Source: Klebsormidium nitens (lineage: Eukaryota > Plantae > Klebsormidiophyceae). Taken from it: DNA of 64,000 nt. Under the pieces are notes generated by a model. That model was not told the DNA's origin and ran no database searches. It was given only the letters and a program-made list of their open reading frames with translations. Position numbers and translations under genes: made by a program. The DNA is taken from NCBI GenBank assembly GCA_000708835.1, contig DF237010.1:117345-181344 (forward strand). The letters run 5' to 3'. Below are positions 13,301 through 24,526 of the stretch, in pieces. Each line of letters starts with the position of its first letter. The first letter of the stretch is position 1.

Positions 13301-16300
13301 GGGGAGCAGGCCCTCAGGAGGAGCGTCCCGAGAGTAGCGACAGGGGGGGGGCTTGTGAGCAGGGAGCAGAGCCGAACGGTAGTGTCGACGTGGAAGAGAG
13401 TGACGTCACCATGTGGGAGAATGAGCTGGCGGACGCAGTGTTCCACGAGATCTGGTTGTGGGAGTTGAGGAAGAATGTGAAGCATAAGGAGGGGACAGAG
13501 AAAAGCGCATGGGAGGCGCGGTGGAAGGGAGTGCCCAAAGCGAAGTACATCGTGAAGGATATTGAGCGCGCCAAGACGTACGGCCACACGGCGCACGAAT
13601 ACCCGCAAGGGGTGGCGGCATGGTCGGACGTGTTTCACATGTACGAGAAGAAGGTGCGTCCGCATCTGGTTCGTTGTTCCGAAGAGGCTTTCATGCTCTG
13701 TGGTCCTTTTCGAGAATGATGCTTGCGTTGTCCACCGTTTGTTGTTACCGGACTCTCCAAAGGGACACGGAGTGGGGTGCTTTTGATCCCACAAAGTCAG
13801 TCACTCAGTCTGATACGAGAGTCTCGTATCTGTATTCTTTGGAAAAGTTCGTAGCTTGCGCAATGAGTACTGAGCCCTAGTTAGGGCCGTGACGCAGAAT
13901 GGTTTGTACGCCGCTCTGCGAGTTGCAGCAATGGACCCGTTTGTTTCATGTCCCACCGCTGCAACCCCGGTTCAGCTCTCAATCTATGCAGCTAGTCCGT
14001 TCCGCAACATGTGCTTAAATGCATCAGTCGTTGGAAATGGCTGCCCTTTGATAAGAGTCGGATGAGGACAAGTGATCTCTTTCTCTTGCAAGTATGCGAA
14101 GCGTTTACAGGAGTGGGGGGTGGAATATCTCATAAGTTTGGAATCCTCGCATCTCTTTGAAGAGGAGTTGCTCAAGAAACGTGCGGTTTTTATGCCCTGC
14201 TCAGATGCGCGAGGCGAACGCGGTCGACTTCGACGACATGCTGCGGCTGCTGGCGCTGCTGCTGGACGGGCGGACGTGCCGCGCGGCCAAGCGGCGCTTC
14301 CAGGCGCAGTTCAAGTACGTGCTCGTGGACGAGTGCCAGGACACCAACTCCGTCCAGAGCAAGTGAGAGCTCGGCGCAGAAGCTTTTCACAAAAAGATTG
14401 TTTTTCGACCCGTCGGCCGATCTTTCGCTGTGAAAACAAGTCTTTGGTGATGGAGGAGCGCTTCTACTGGATTCTGTAGGGTTGGATGCGAGCGCTGTTG
14501 GTCTTTAAGCACCTTGGTTACAAGATCACTCGGTCCCCTTTCAAGGCTCTCAATGACATATGGAGAAACCAAGGATTCTGCTCGTTTGCTTGTTGGGTTG
14601 AGAGGTCAAGCGACGTCCGGTAGACTTCGTTTGCTTTGCTACGTTTGAGCATCCCTTGCTTGTCGGGGTTTCATGCATAAATGAGCTTACTGTGCATGCA
14701 TTATTCTTCGCCTCTCGATTCGCTAGCCTGCCAGGATCAGAAGTGGCTCGCCTACGTCCTGAACTTTCTTTCCTCTGTGTCCAGAATCGTCCAGAGCTTC
14801 TACGAGTCGATGCCCGAAAGCAGCATCACCGTCGTAGGTAAGCAGGCGACTGTCTTTGTGTCAAGCTTTTGGCAATCCGCAACCTGAGCTTCCTCGTCGA
14901 TCCATGGGTCAACGGGCGATTGTCTGATAGATTCCATGTAACTTTATCTGCTCTTTGGTCTGATAGTTTCCATGTCACTTTATCTGCCTTTTTCTTACAG
15001 AAGCAAAACCATTCTCGTTCCCTTGGTAAAGCGAAGATCACCGAAGCACTCGTCTCTTTACTACTGGCATGAGTGTGCATGACGATCAGGTACTGACAGG
15101 TCCGTCCCGTTGCAGGCGATGACGACCAGTCCATCTACGGCTTCCGTGGTGCCAACAGCATGGCCTTCACGGTGAGTTTTGGCTGTACTCACAACGACCA
15201 TTCCCAGCTATCACTCTAACCTAACCTTCTTAGGTGTCGGTACAGCTCCGGGGCGCACGTATCGTTTGTTCAAGCCGTTTCGCGCAACAGCTCCAATGTC
15301 GCCAAGTTTCTTAGACATAGAATGTTGCGCAGACTCTTGCACTGCGTTTACCTTTATCATTTTCTTTTTGCAGCTGTTCATGGACCACTATTTCGGCGTG
15401 GAGCGGTCGCTGCTGCAGGAGAACTACCGGTCGACGGCCAACATTCTGAAAGTGGGCGGCGCAGTCATCCGCGACAACGTGCAGCGCGTGGTGCACAAGA
15501 CGCTGCGGCCCACCAAGGCGCAGGGCGACCCGGTCCTGGTCGTGCAGGCCGGCACAGAGGAGGACGAAGCTGCCTGGGTCGCCAACAAAATCGCAGGTGG
15601 GTGGCGATGGCTTTATTTATTCTTTGTGCAGTTTCATCGCAGGTGCCTCAATTGGATTGAGAAACGGTTCTTCCTCGTGAGAAAAGGTTGTGTTTCCACC
15701 TTCGACGACAAGGACGAGAACATGGTTTGTGATCAACATTTTCAGGTGGGCGGAGTATATCATGTCGCAAAGCAGACACAGGTACGGCCGTCAGGCTCCT
15801 TTCGAGGAATCGCAGTCTACCTTCTTGCGTTCTCCTGGGTTCGAGGTGTTTGTAGAAGGCAAGTCTCCTCCTGTCTGCACCGAATTCAATGCTCATGCAC
15901 TTGCTCTTTGACGGTTCTTCTGGGAGCACAGCCTTCCGAAACTCCCCAAGCTACATACATCGCAGCCCTTCTACTAAATTCTGCTTCGTACCTTCGAGCC
16001 TTTGACGGATATTTCCCTTTGCGTGCAGAGACGATGGCCGAGGAGGGCAACACGCGGCGCTTCCGCGACTTTGCGCTGCTGCTGCGCAACTTCCGCTTCG
16101 GCAAGCAGGGCTCCGTCAGCACGGTGTTCCAGCAGGCGCTCCAGCGGAGACGGATTCCGTACAAGCTCACGGGCGGGCAGAGCATCTACGAGCGGAAAGA
16201 AATTCTGGACGTCATGGCTTATTTGGAGCTTATTCTAGACGGGGATAACGACGCCGCGTTCGAGCGGGTGTGCAATAAGCCCCCCCGGGGGATGAACCCG

Positions 16301-19217
16301 GCCAAGGACAAGTCGCAGACCATGACTGTGATCCGGGCGGTAAAAGGGCAACTGGAGAACCGGGGAGAGCGCGCGAGTCTGATGGCCTCGACTAACGAGG
16401 CGCTCCGGCGGGGCGATCTGGACGGTGCGAGCGCGGGCAAAGCGCGGAGGTTCGCTGACGTCATCGAGGAGCTCCGGGACTTCGCCACGTGGCACTCGGT
16501 TGTGGAGACGACGCGCGAGGTGCTGAGGCGGACGGGGTACGCGGAGTACGCGAGGAAGGAGCGGGAGAACGAGCGGAAACGGAAACGGAAGCAGGCGGGG
16601 CGGCGCGGGGAGAGGGAGGAGAGCTTTGATTCGGACGATGAGGACGCGTTGGAGGGGGGAAAAGATGCAGATCCGGACACAGAAGCGGTGCTTTCGGACG
16701 AGGAAGATGCGGACGAAGCGATGGAGACGGAAGGGGGAAAAGAGACGGCGGGAGAGCAGAGAGACAGACCTGGGGAAGGAGAAGCGAAGCCGAAAGAGGA
16801 GGCAGATGAGACAGGACGAGCGGAAGCGGAAAATGGAGAGGGCGGAACGGAGAAGGCGGAAGAGGAAGCGGGGCACGGAGAAGAGGCGGCCGAAGCGGAG
16901 GAGAAAAAGGAGTTGGGGGAAGTGCTGTTCGGGTTTGTAAGGGAGGCAGAGCACTTTGGGAGGCAGTGGTCGGCGGGAGTGCCCCCGGACGGTGAGGAAA
17001 TAAGGTTCTCGTTTGAATCGACTCCTTTGAATTGTCTTTCTGGGCAAGTTGGCACCTTTCGTACGAACGGATTGTGGATGGCAGAGAGGAAGGGAAAGCG
17101 ACGATTGCGCTGCCAGCTTCGACTTCCTTAGCGAATCTTCTGAGGAATGTGCCCGCTTTTGTCGTAGCAAAGAAGGCTGTGGCCCTCTTGGTTAGCCCTA
17201 GATTGGCCGTTAATCTGCAGAACATTCGACTTTAAACAGGGCATGCGGTCAACACCAATCAGAGCCGTGTGATTATCTCTTCAAAATCTGCAGAGCCCAT
17301 CCGCGCAGCCTCACATGCCCTCTGCACAAAGCGAGCAACCGCCTCATCCTGACACTGATCTCTCTTTACCCCGCAATCGCAGTTGCCGAAGCTATCCCGA
17401 GCTTGTACACGCTGTGCCAAATGAAGATATGCGAGTACACCCAGGCCGGTTACTACGACTGCCAGGATGTGCGCGCGGGGGTCGCAGAGGGAATGGCAGA
17501 TGACATCTTTGCGACGCAGCGGTGAGGGATTCTCAAAATAGGTGCACGTTTCAGCAGCAATCTGATCCGGCTCACGGATTGGATGCCTCTAGATAGAACG
17601 TCTCGCAAGTTGCCTGAAATTTGCTTCCGCTTGTCTTCAAGAAAAGCCTCAAAGTCGGCTTACCAGTAAGTGTCTGCTTCAGAAACTTCTTCTCATTACT
17701 ATACTGCTCACCTTCGCTGCCATGGCATGTCCGCACACAAGAGGGTTGCTTAATGAGAAAGAGGGCGGTCGCTTTTCTTTTCTCCTCGTTTCTAAGTTGT
17801 CGACATTGCCTCTTTCATTTGCAAGTGGATTGTCTTCACTCTCTGTCTAGAACACGTCCTGTAACTTCCAACCTTTGGTCCTGGAACCGTTTCCTGCCTA
17901 ACGTTCAAGGTATGTGCACTGCTGCCTTCTCTTCGGTGGCGTATACACCGTTATCTTCGACAAGCTCACCCCGCTCGCTGGCTCGTGCAGGTTGGGCCTG
18001 TCGGTGCTGCGGGATTTCGGGAGCGCCATTGCGCTGCAAAAGGAAGAGAACGCCGCGGCCGAGGGAGAACGGGACGCCGTCACCATCAGCACGATACACC
18101 GGGCAAAGGGCCTGGAGGTGAGGCACCTTCTTTCGTCAGATTGAGAGAGCAGATTGCAACAGAGGGTCTTACGTGCGGAGTTTGTCGAGCTTCTTTTGCG
18201 GACGACAGGGATGACATTTCTATGGATCAGGAGAGATGATCCAGATTTGGACGAGCTGTCAGGGGCTCTTTGGAGTAGGGGCCCGTCAGGATGACCTTGG
18301 TAATCAGTGAGTTTTGGCTGTGCCAGGCATGTCACTTGTGAATGTTGCACGATGTACGGGGTTTTGGTTGATTCCCTGTGTTGTTTTTCTTGTAACCGAA
18401 AGAAGCCGTTCTGAGGTCCAGAGAAACGTGCTGCGGTAGAAACCAGTGCTCTTAGGAAAGAGCCTTTGCTTTTTCCACAGGACTTGATGTCCAAGTCCTT
18501 TGCTCGGTTGCTCCTTGAGCGCCTTACTGGCCCTCTCGATTGAGATATCCCCTTCCTCGCTGATCAGCTATGGACAATCCCCTCGTGCAGTGGCCGGTCG
18601 TGTTCGTCCCCCGGTGGAACGAAGGCTTCTTCCCGACCCAGTTCCGGGAGCAGGCCCTCCCCCTCCCCCCGGGCGCTCCCCAGCCCCCCGGCAAGGACGA
18701 GCTGGGCCACATCGAAGAGGAGCGGCGGCTGGCGCACGTCGCCTGCACTCGCGCCAAAGACCAGCTGTTCATATCGTACATACGCATCCTGGCCAAGTTC
18801 AAGACGCCCGAGGAGCTGGAGAAGTCGTCGTTTCCGCTGCCCGAGGTAAGAACTGCCGCGCAGGGTCGCAATAGATCTTCAGGACCCTTTTTGGGGTGAC
18901 CTCTCGATGCGGGCTTGTTTCGGGTGGCGTTTCTAACCTCTGGGAAAGTTTTCGTTTGTATGGCCGAGTCTTGAGCGGCACCGCAAGCCGGCCACAAAGT
19001 GATTCTGCGGGCATTTTGCTGCTGGGACAATGACTGTCCGTTGCAGACAGAAGAACAAGGCCTTCTGAACCAATTGCTGTGTCCTTTGTTGCAGGACCCG
19101 GCAGTCTGCCATGAAATCGTGCTTGAGGAGAGTGAAGAGGAGGCTGCTGCAAGAGACCGCGTAAACGCGACCCGCCCCAACTTCGTGGGGTTCAGGTTTG
19201 CAGGGGGCTTCGTTTAG
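10390..19217 (+). CDS. SRS2: UvrD/PcrA-family (SF1A) 3'-5' DNA helicase, plant SRS2-like (~1408 aa, 13 exons)
   Basis: Exons 10390-11551, 12000-12215, 12654-12853, 13102-13653, 14205-14362, 14785-14837, 15116-15171, 15374-15596, 16029-16991, 17383-17521, 17991-18117, 18591-18845, 19095-19217 (total divisible by 3). Motifs AGAGTGKT, FTNKAA, TFHSL, VDFDDML, LVDECQDTN, VGDDDQSIYGFRGA, ENYRST, STIHRAKGLE, NEGFFP, EEERRLAHVACTRAK. Orthology to SRS2 rather than another UvrD paralogue is inferred. Confidence 0.88.
14922..14988. repeat. Intronic tandem duplication, 36-bp period x2
   Basis: gtctgatagattccatgtaactttatctgc at 14922 and gtctgatagtttccatgtcactttatctgc at 14958. Confidence 0.85.
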
Positions 19218-19301
19218 ACACCTGGCAGGCCTTCTCGATACTCGTTGAAATGATTATAGCCTCTAAACTATCAGTCTGCTTGTCAATTAGTAAGATAGCT
19301 A

Positions 19302-19378
19302 TCAGTGCTGTGCCAAATGATAGAGGTCGTGCCTATTTAATAAATAGGCACGACCTCTATCATTTGGCACAGCACTGA
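19302..19378. repeat. Perfect inverted repeat, 38-bp arms with 1-nt spacer
   Basis: tcagtgctgtgccaaatgatagaggtcgtgcctattta-a-taaataggcacgacctctatcatttggcacagcactga; the arms are exact reverse complements. Confidence 0.97.
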
Positions 19379-20633
19379 GCTTGGAAGGGGCAGCATCTCG
19401 GGCAGGTGGTATATGTAACATAAGATCAGTTACGGCTTAGAAAAATAAAACCGTTCTTACTTTGAAATCTGTGTTTGAGTCTTGAACGCATTGTTTCTGG
19501 AAGCTGCTACCTTGGGTTGCTGCAAGGGGCAGTCAATATATTAGTAGTAACGGCGATGATAACATGCGATTGGATCGTTCAGATGGCCGAAAAGACGGGT
19601 TAAGTATAGACAACCACAACCGCGCCATATAATCTATCCGTCGGCGGCGCGCCAACATTTGCAGCGGGCCATTCAGCTCTCGATTGCAGGTTTATTCAAG
19701 AATACCGTGACAGGCCCGGCTGCCCATGTGAGGCCCACCGTCGTCGAGCATGATCCTTAGCTGGTCCACAGAAAATCTTTGATTATAGCGGGCGCCCAGG
19801 CCTACGGCCGCGCGCCAGCCTGCGTGTCATTGGCATGGCGGATCAAACGCGTGCACGTTGAGCTAGCCCGCATTGCCGTCGACGAATCGGAATACCTAGC
19901 GTGTGCATCCATGCATGGGCTCGCAATTCAATTCAGCTTACAATATTGATCGCGATGCCATGGGCCGCGCAACAGGGTAATTTATAATGATAGGCGGCTT
20001 CTATACTAATTATACATGCCAATCCCTTGCACGTCCGATCGCGCACGTGTCGACACTGTCACCTATAGCTAGAGCCGCCTACCATGATGTGCACTCACCG
20101 TCTCAGGCTGCCATCAAGCAAGCGCGGTATGCGTCCATCAATATGCGGTATGCCGCCGGCATCCTTCTCTTACTATATGGTTGACTCAGCCCTAAGTGCA
20201 TTAGTATGGCAAAGGCCTGGGGCGAAGTGTGCACATGCAGGCACAGTGCCTTATGGTGAACAGAGGCCAGGTTAATTTGCGTGACATGTCGATCAGTGGC
20301 CAATGATCGATACAGATCCAAATCTATAATGATGGTGACGATGCCCGCACTACCTCGTGTGAGGCGCGCGGCCGCTAGTGGTTGCAATCTACCAGCCCGG
20401 CAGGGCCCTCATCAGACAACCGTGTCGTGGTGAAATTTGATATGCAATACAGACAGTAAGTTAGCTACACTTTTGTCACTGGGGCCGGTCGCGTTGACAT
20501 GCGCAAGCTTCCAAGCAGTTATGCATCTCCAGCCTTGACTCTCCACGCATCATCATATTGTGTTGCTTCCCTAGCCGTCTCCTTTTGCCACATCTTGCGC
20601 CAGCTTCGCGCCATTGACGTTGAACCCACTATG

Positions 20634-23600
20634 CTAGTTCTGGTCTTCGACAAGTTTCTGTAACCTCTTTTTGAAAGCGGGCAGCTTGCTAGGGTCAATC
20701 TCCATAAGCAGGTACATTTGGCGCACGTGCTTGCTCTGCACAGTCAAAGTGGATTGCTAGGGGTGTTCCAGAACAACTTCAGAATTGAGGCCGGGCAGAG
20801 GGAAAGAGTAGACGCGAAGGCACCTTGCCGAGGCAAACGGCGCTTCCGCGTCAGATTCTCACATAGAAGGGAGCAGAAACTGAATCTGCTCCAATTGACG
20901 ATTAGCCGCCACCAGAAGACAGCGATCCGAAGAAGGCGGATTGTGAATTTCCACGCGAGTATCGGCCTCACCTCATGCGCAGCAAGTGCCTCCGCCGTGA
21001 CCGGGAACCTGTAGGCCCAGCTTGATAACTGCACAAACGACCAGATCACGCTCACAACAACTGTACGGCAGTCCCGTTTGCATGGTAAGGGAGTGGTGAT
21101 TAAACTTGAAGGCAAGTACGGGAGTGGAATGCCTGAACAAACATAAAGTCGCCGTTTTTGCGAACAGAACCCTATGAGTCATTCTTTTGCGGGCGTTCTC
21201 GACTCGTTGAGCTATGAAAGATGGATCCAACAGCGCTGTTCACTTTGTTTCCCTCTTGCGTTCGTGCGAGAATGAGAGTGTTCAGTTGGAACAGCTCCTT
21301 ACTTGTTCCCAGATCTCGTCTTCCGGCTTCATGTAGATCGTCGAACTGGATGGGTCACCTCCCTACATAGATAGAAAGGAGCGAGATCCATACGGGTGCC
21401 CAGCTGTCGATCCAAGCTCCTGCCCAGACGAACCTTCCACAAAAAGCTTTCTATCTCAAGGTTCCTCCAAGAGATCGAGACCTAGACGCAAGGAGTCAAA
21501 GCAGAATTCACACAAATAAGTTACAACACTCGATAACTGTTTGTACTGGCACACGGCTTCAGAGGATCGAACTAGGATGGTGCTTACTCGGCTACTGGGC
21601 CCCGCCGCCTGTCTATCGGCCCTCTGCGTCTCCTCGAAGACCCGCGTGAGTAGCAGGTACTTGGAGAAGCGAAACGACTCCCGCAGCTCCTCGGTTGGCT
21701 GCAGTCAATACATGACAAGTTTCCCAATGTTCGTCCACCAATTGCAACATGTTCCAGCTACATGGGAAATTGAAATCACTGTTGGTGAAGCGCCAATGTG
21801 CGTTTAAGGTCCTGACTTCGGAGGCTTTTTAACACAGAGATTGCGGACTGCAGCTGCAGCATATCGGATCATGGGCTATCCACCTGAGGCAGAGCGTTGA
21901 GGATGAAAAGTAGACGGACGCTATCAGGACGCTATTATGCCCTCGCGCCCCTTCTTATGGAAAGGCCTACCGTTTTAATTTCCCTCAAGCCCTAGGTAGC
22001 TGGGAGTCTTGCAAGGCCAACAATTACTGCTTGAGATCGTGCCGCCCTCTTTGGTGGTTTCACAGAACCTCCGTGATTGCTTAAAATCCGCAATTAGAAG
22101 GCAGAAAGAGTCAAATCGAGGCCTGCAAGGTTCAAGTCAGCAAAGCTTGCCATCAAAGGTACTTCCGAGAGTAGACATGTCGAAGCCCAGATCAGCCATA
22201 CATGACTCCAAACAGAGTAACGAGATGTTGTCCCGGTTTTGACCCACCTCGTCCTCAGTGGCCCAGCTAATCTCGTCAAACAGCCCCTGGTGCAAAGGAG
22301 GCGCCAGGTCGAGGGGCACATTGATCAGCCGCTCGCTGACCAATAGCCCCACGCGGCCCTTCTTCCCATCTAGGAGCACTTCCAGCTTGCCCGCCGTGTG
22401 CTCGTCCTTTTTACACCGCAAGCGCAGGAACCGCACAATCTGCTTTGTGGGCTCCGTGTCCTGTGCCCAGGAAAGGAGTCGTGGCCGTCAGTAAAGCCGT
22501 TTTACTGGGTTTAGACAGATCTGATTTCAAGCTCATGACTCAACTCGGTTTTGGGTAGATTGATGACGGGGCATATTCGCAAAGGTGGGACGCACAACGT
22601 GGAGAAAATAGAGTACCCACTGGTTGGTCAAGTGGGGAAGAGGCTAAAATGACAGAGAGTCCCCAGTCAAAAGTCCTCCAAACGCCCTCGCAGACTCATA
22701 TTGAAACTCACAGCCAGAGCTGTTATTCATGGACGTCTGGTGACATCAATTCCGAAATATGCAAACAGACCGCAAGACATTACTCCGCCGTCCAAAGAGT
22801 ATGTGTGCACGTCACATCAGGCGGAATGATCCATGTTCAATTCTCACCTTATATCGTTCGAAAGCGAGCACCGTCAGTAACCCAATCGGGTCCTCGTCCT
22901 CGGTGGTTTTGATGACCGAGCCAACCGTTGTCTGCGCCAGTACAAGGTCCACCAATCCGGGGAGGTCAAATGTTTCATCGTCTAGGTAGCTCTTCAGGAG
23001 CGCCTTCACTCCATGGTAGTCGCTCGGTTTGGGGTCAAAGAACTCAAAGTCGACGTTGATGAAGTCCTGTGGACAGAGGTGAACTGAGTTCAAGATGCCG
23101 TAACAAACAAAGAAAAACTTGGCGAAGTTCAAGACTGCCATCCTCAGTACAATTGTTTACCACCAGATAATGCATTTCCCAAAAGAAGACAAGCTGTAGC
23201 ATAATTGTCCTTGGTGGTCCTATGTATTTCTTGCAAATGCAGAGATTGTGGAATCACAGAACGACACAAGCCAGTTGGTTTTTCTCCTACGTGATCATCG
23301 ACTGCGATGGGAGTGGTGGTAAACAGAAGCAAACAAAAGTGAAGGGCCTCTTGATGCAAACTTGCTGCATTGCACTGGCGTCATTCTTACAGCTTACCAA
23401 ACAATCCTACACTTCAAGGTGTCGATCCCGTCCACCACCCACCGTAAGTCTCTCAATGCTGCAAACAGACTCCATCGTGAGAATCATGAGGCTCAGGTGG
23501 TGCCCATTCTCACCGGCTCTTCCTTGTCTTCTTCCCCACTCTCCTCGTCCTCCTCTCCGCCCCCGCTCCCATACCCGCTGCTGCCACTTGAGTCATCGGA

Positions 23601-23729
23601 AGACAACACCTCCTCCTCCTCTATCTCTTCCTCCTCTATCTCTGCTTCTTCGTCCGGGTCAAGTTCCGTCTCTGCCCTCTTGTTGGCAGCACCCTCCCCA
23701 ACGTCATCAGTCGCCTTCCGCTTCGGCAT
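20634..23729 (-). CDS. BCCIP: BCCIP / Bcp1 (BRCA2 and CDKN1A-interacting protein) homolog (~325 aa, 7 exons)
   Basis: Exons 23514-23729, 22848-23066, 22248-22460, 21588-21698, 21303-21362, 20972-21028, 20634-20735. Acidic N-terminus; DFINVDFEFFDPKPSDYHGVKALL; VGLLVSERLINVPLDLAPPL; FRFSKYLLLTRVF; IYMKPEDEIW. Confidence 0.92.
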
Positions 23730-24526
23730 GGTGGGCAGACTTCACTCCTAGTAGTACTAGAGAAAGTAGATGGTGAGCGCCTCTGCCCACTGCCTGATGC
23801 TCCTGAAACGTTGGACAGACTGTGGGCTCCTGCGCACTGGTTCTGTTACATTACCTTCGCGGCCATGACAGGAAGCGTTCCGGATAATCTGTGGATACAA
23901 CGTCATTGGAAACGGTAGCCGAGCTTGGAGAGCTTGACTTTCCACAAGATTTCTTGACGTTTCGACGACCGGTGAGTCCGGGCATTTACTATTACTATTA
24001 GAAAGAAGTTCCTCCCAAGAAACTACGCAAATGCTGGAGCTGCTCTGCTCTTGCTCAGGCTGGTCCTGAAAGGAGCTCAAGCACAAGTTGCGCAGGTCCT
24101 ACTTGTACCTACTTGGGAAGAGAGTCCAGTCACCAGTACCTAGTCTTGATAGAAAGCAGTGCTCAGCAAGATCAGCCACTTACATTTGCAGCTTGCACTT
24201 AAGGCGCTGCTGATTTGAAGACCTTAGCTGGCCGCACGGCTCCATTAGTTGAGGCAGATTGGGACGGCGGCCTCACCGCTGCAAGGCAGCTGCATAAAGT
24301 TGCGACGCAATGAAGATCAGCTACTTTGGGCCTGGCTTTTCTACTTGAGTCTCCATTGCAAGCTCCAAATTAGCTGGGCTGCTACAGGCTGAAGGAGCTC
24401 CTTTATAAGGCAGCTTGAGAGGCTAGAACTCTGACCCATATGAAAGGGTTTCCTCTTCGCCCCTCTTCAGCAGCACGTATGCAATTCACGTCTCAGCTCT
24501 TCTAAGTTGATGATTCTGCTTCCGCA

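Noticed and set aside
16219-17225. Long minus-strand ORFs (278, 311 and 254 aa), and similar ones opposite POLE, PEPCK and RING exons
   Set aside because: Low-complexity antisense shadows of GC-rich or acidic coding exons; no recognisable domains.
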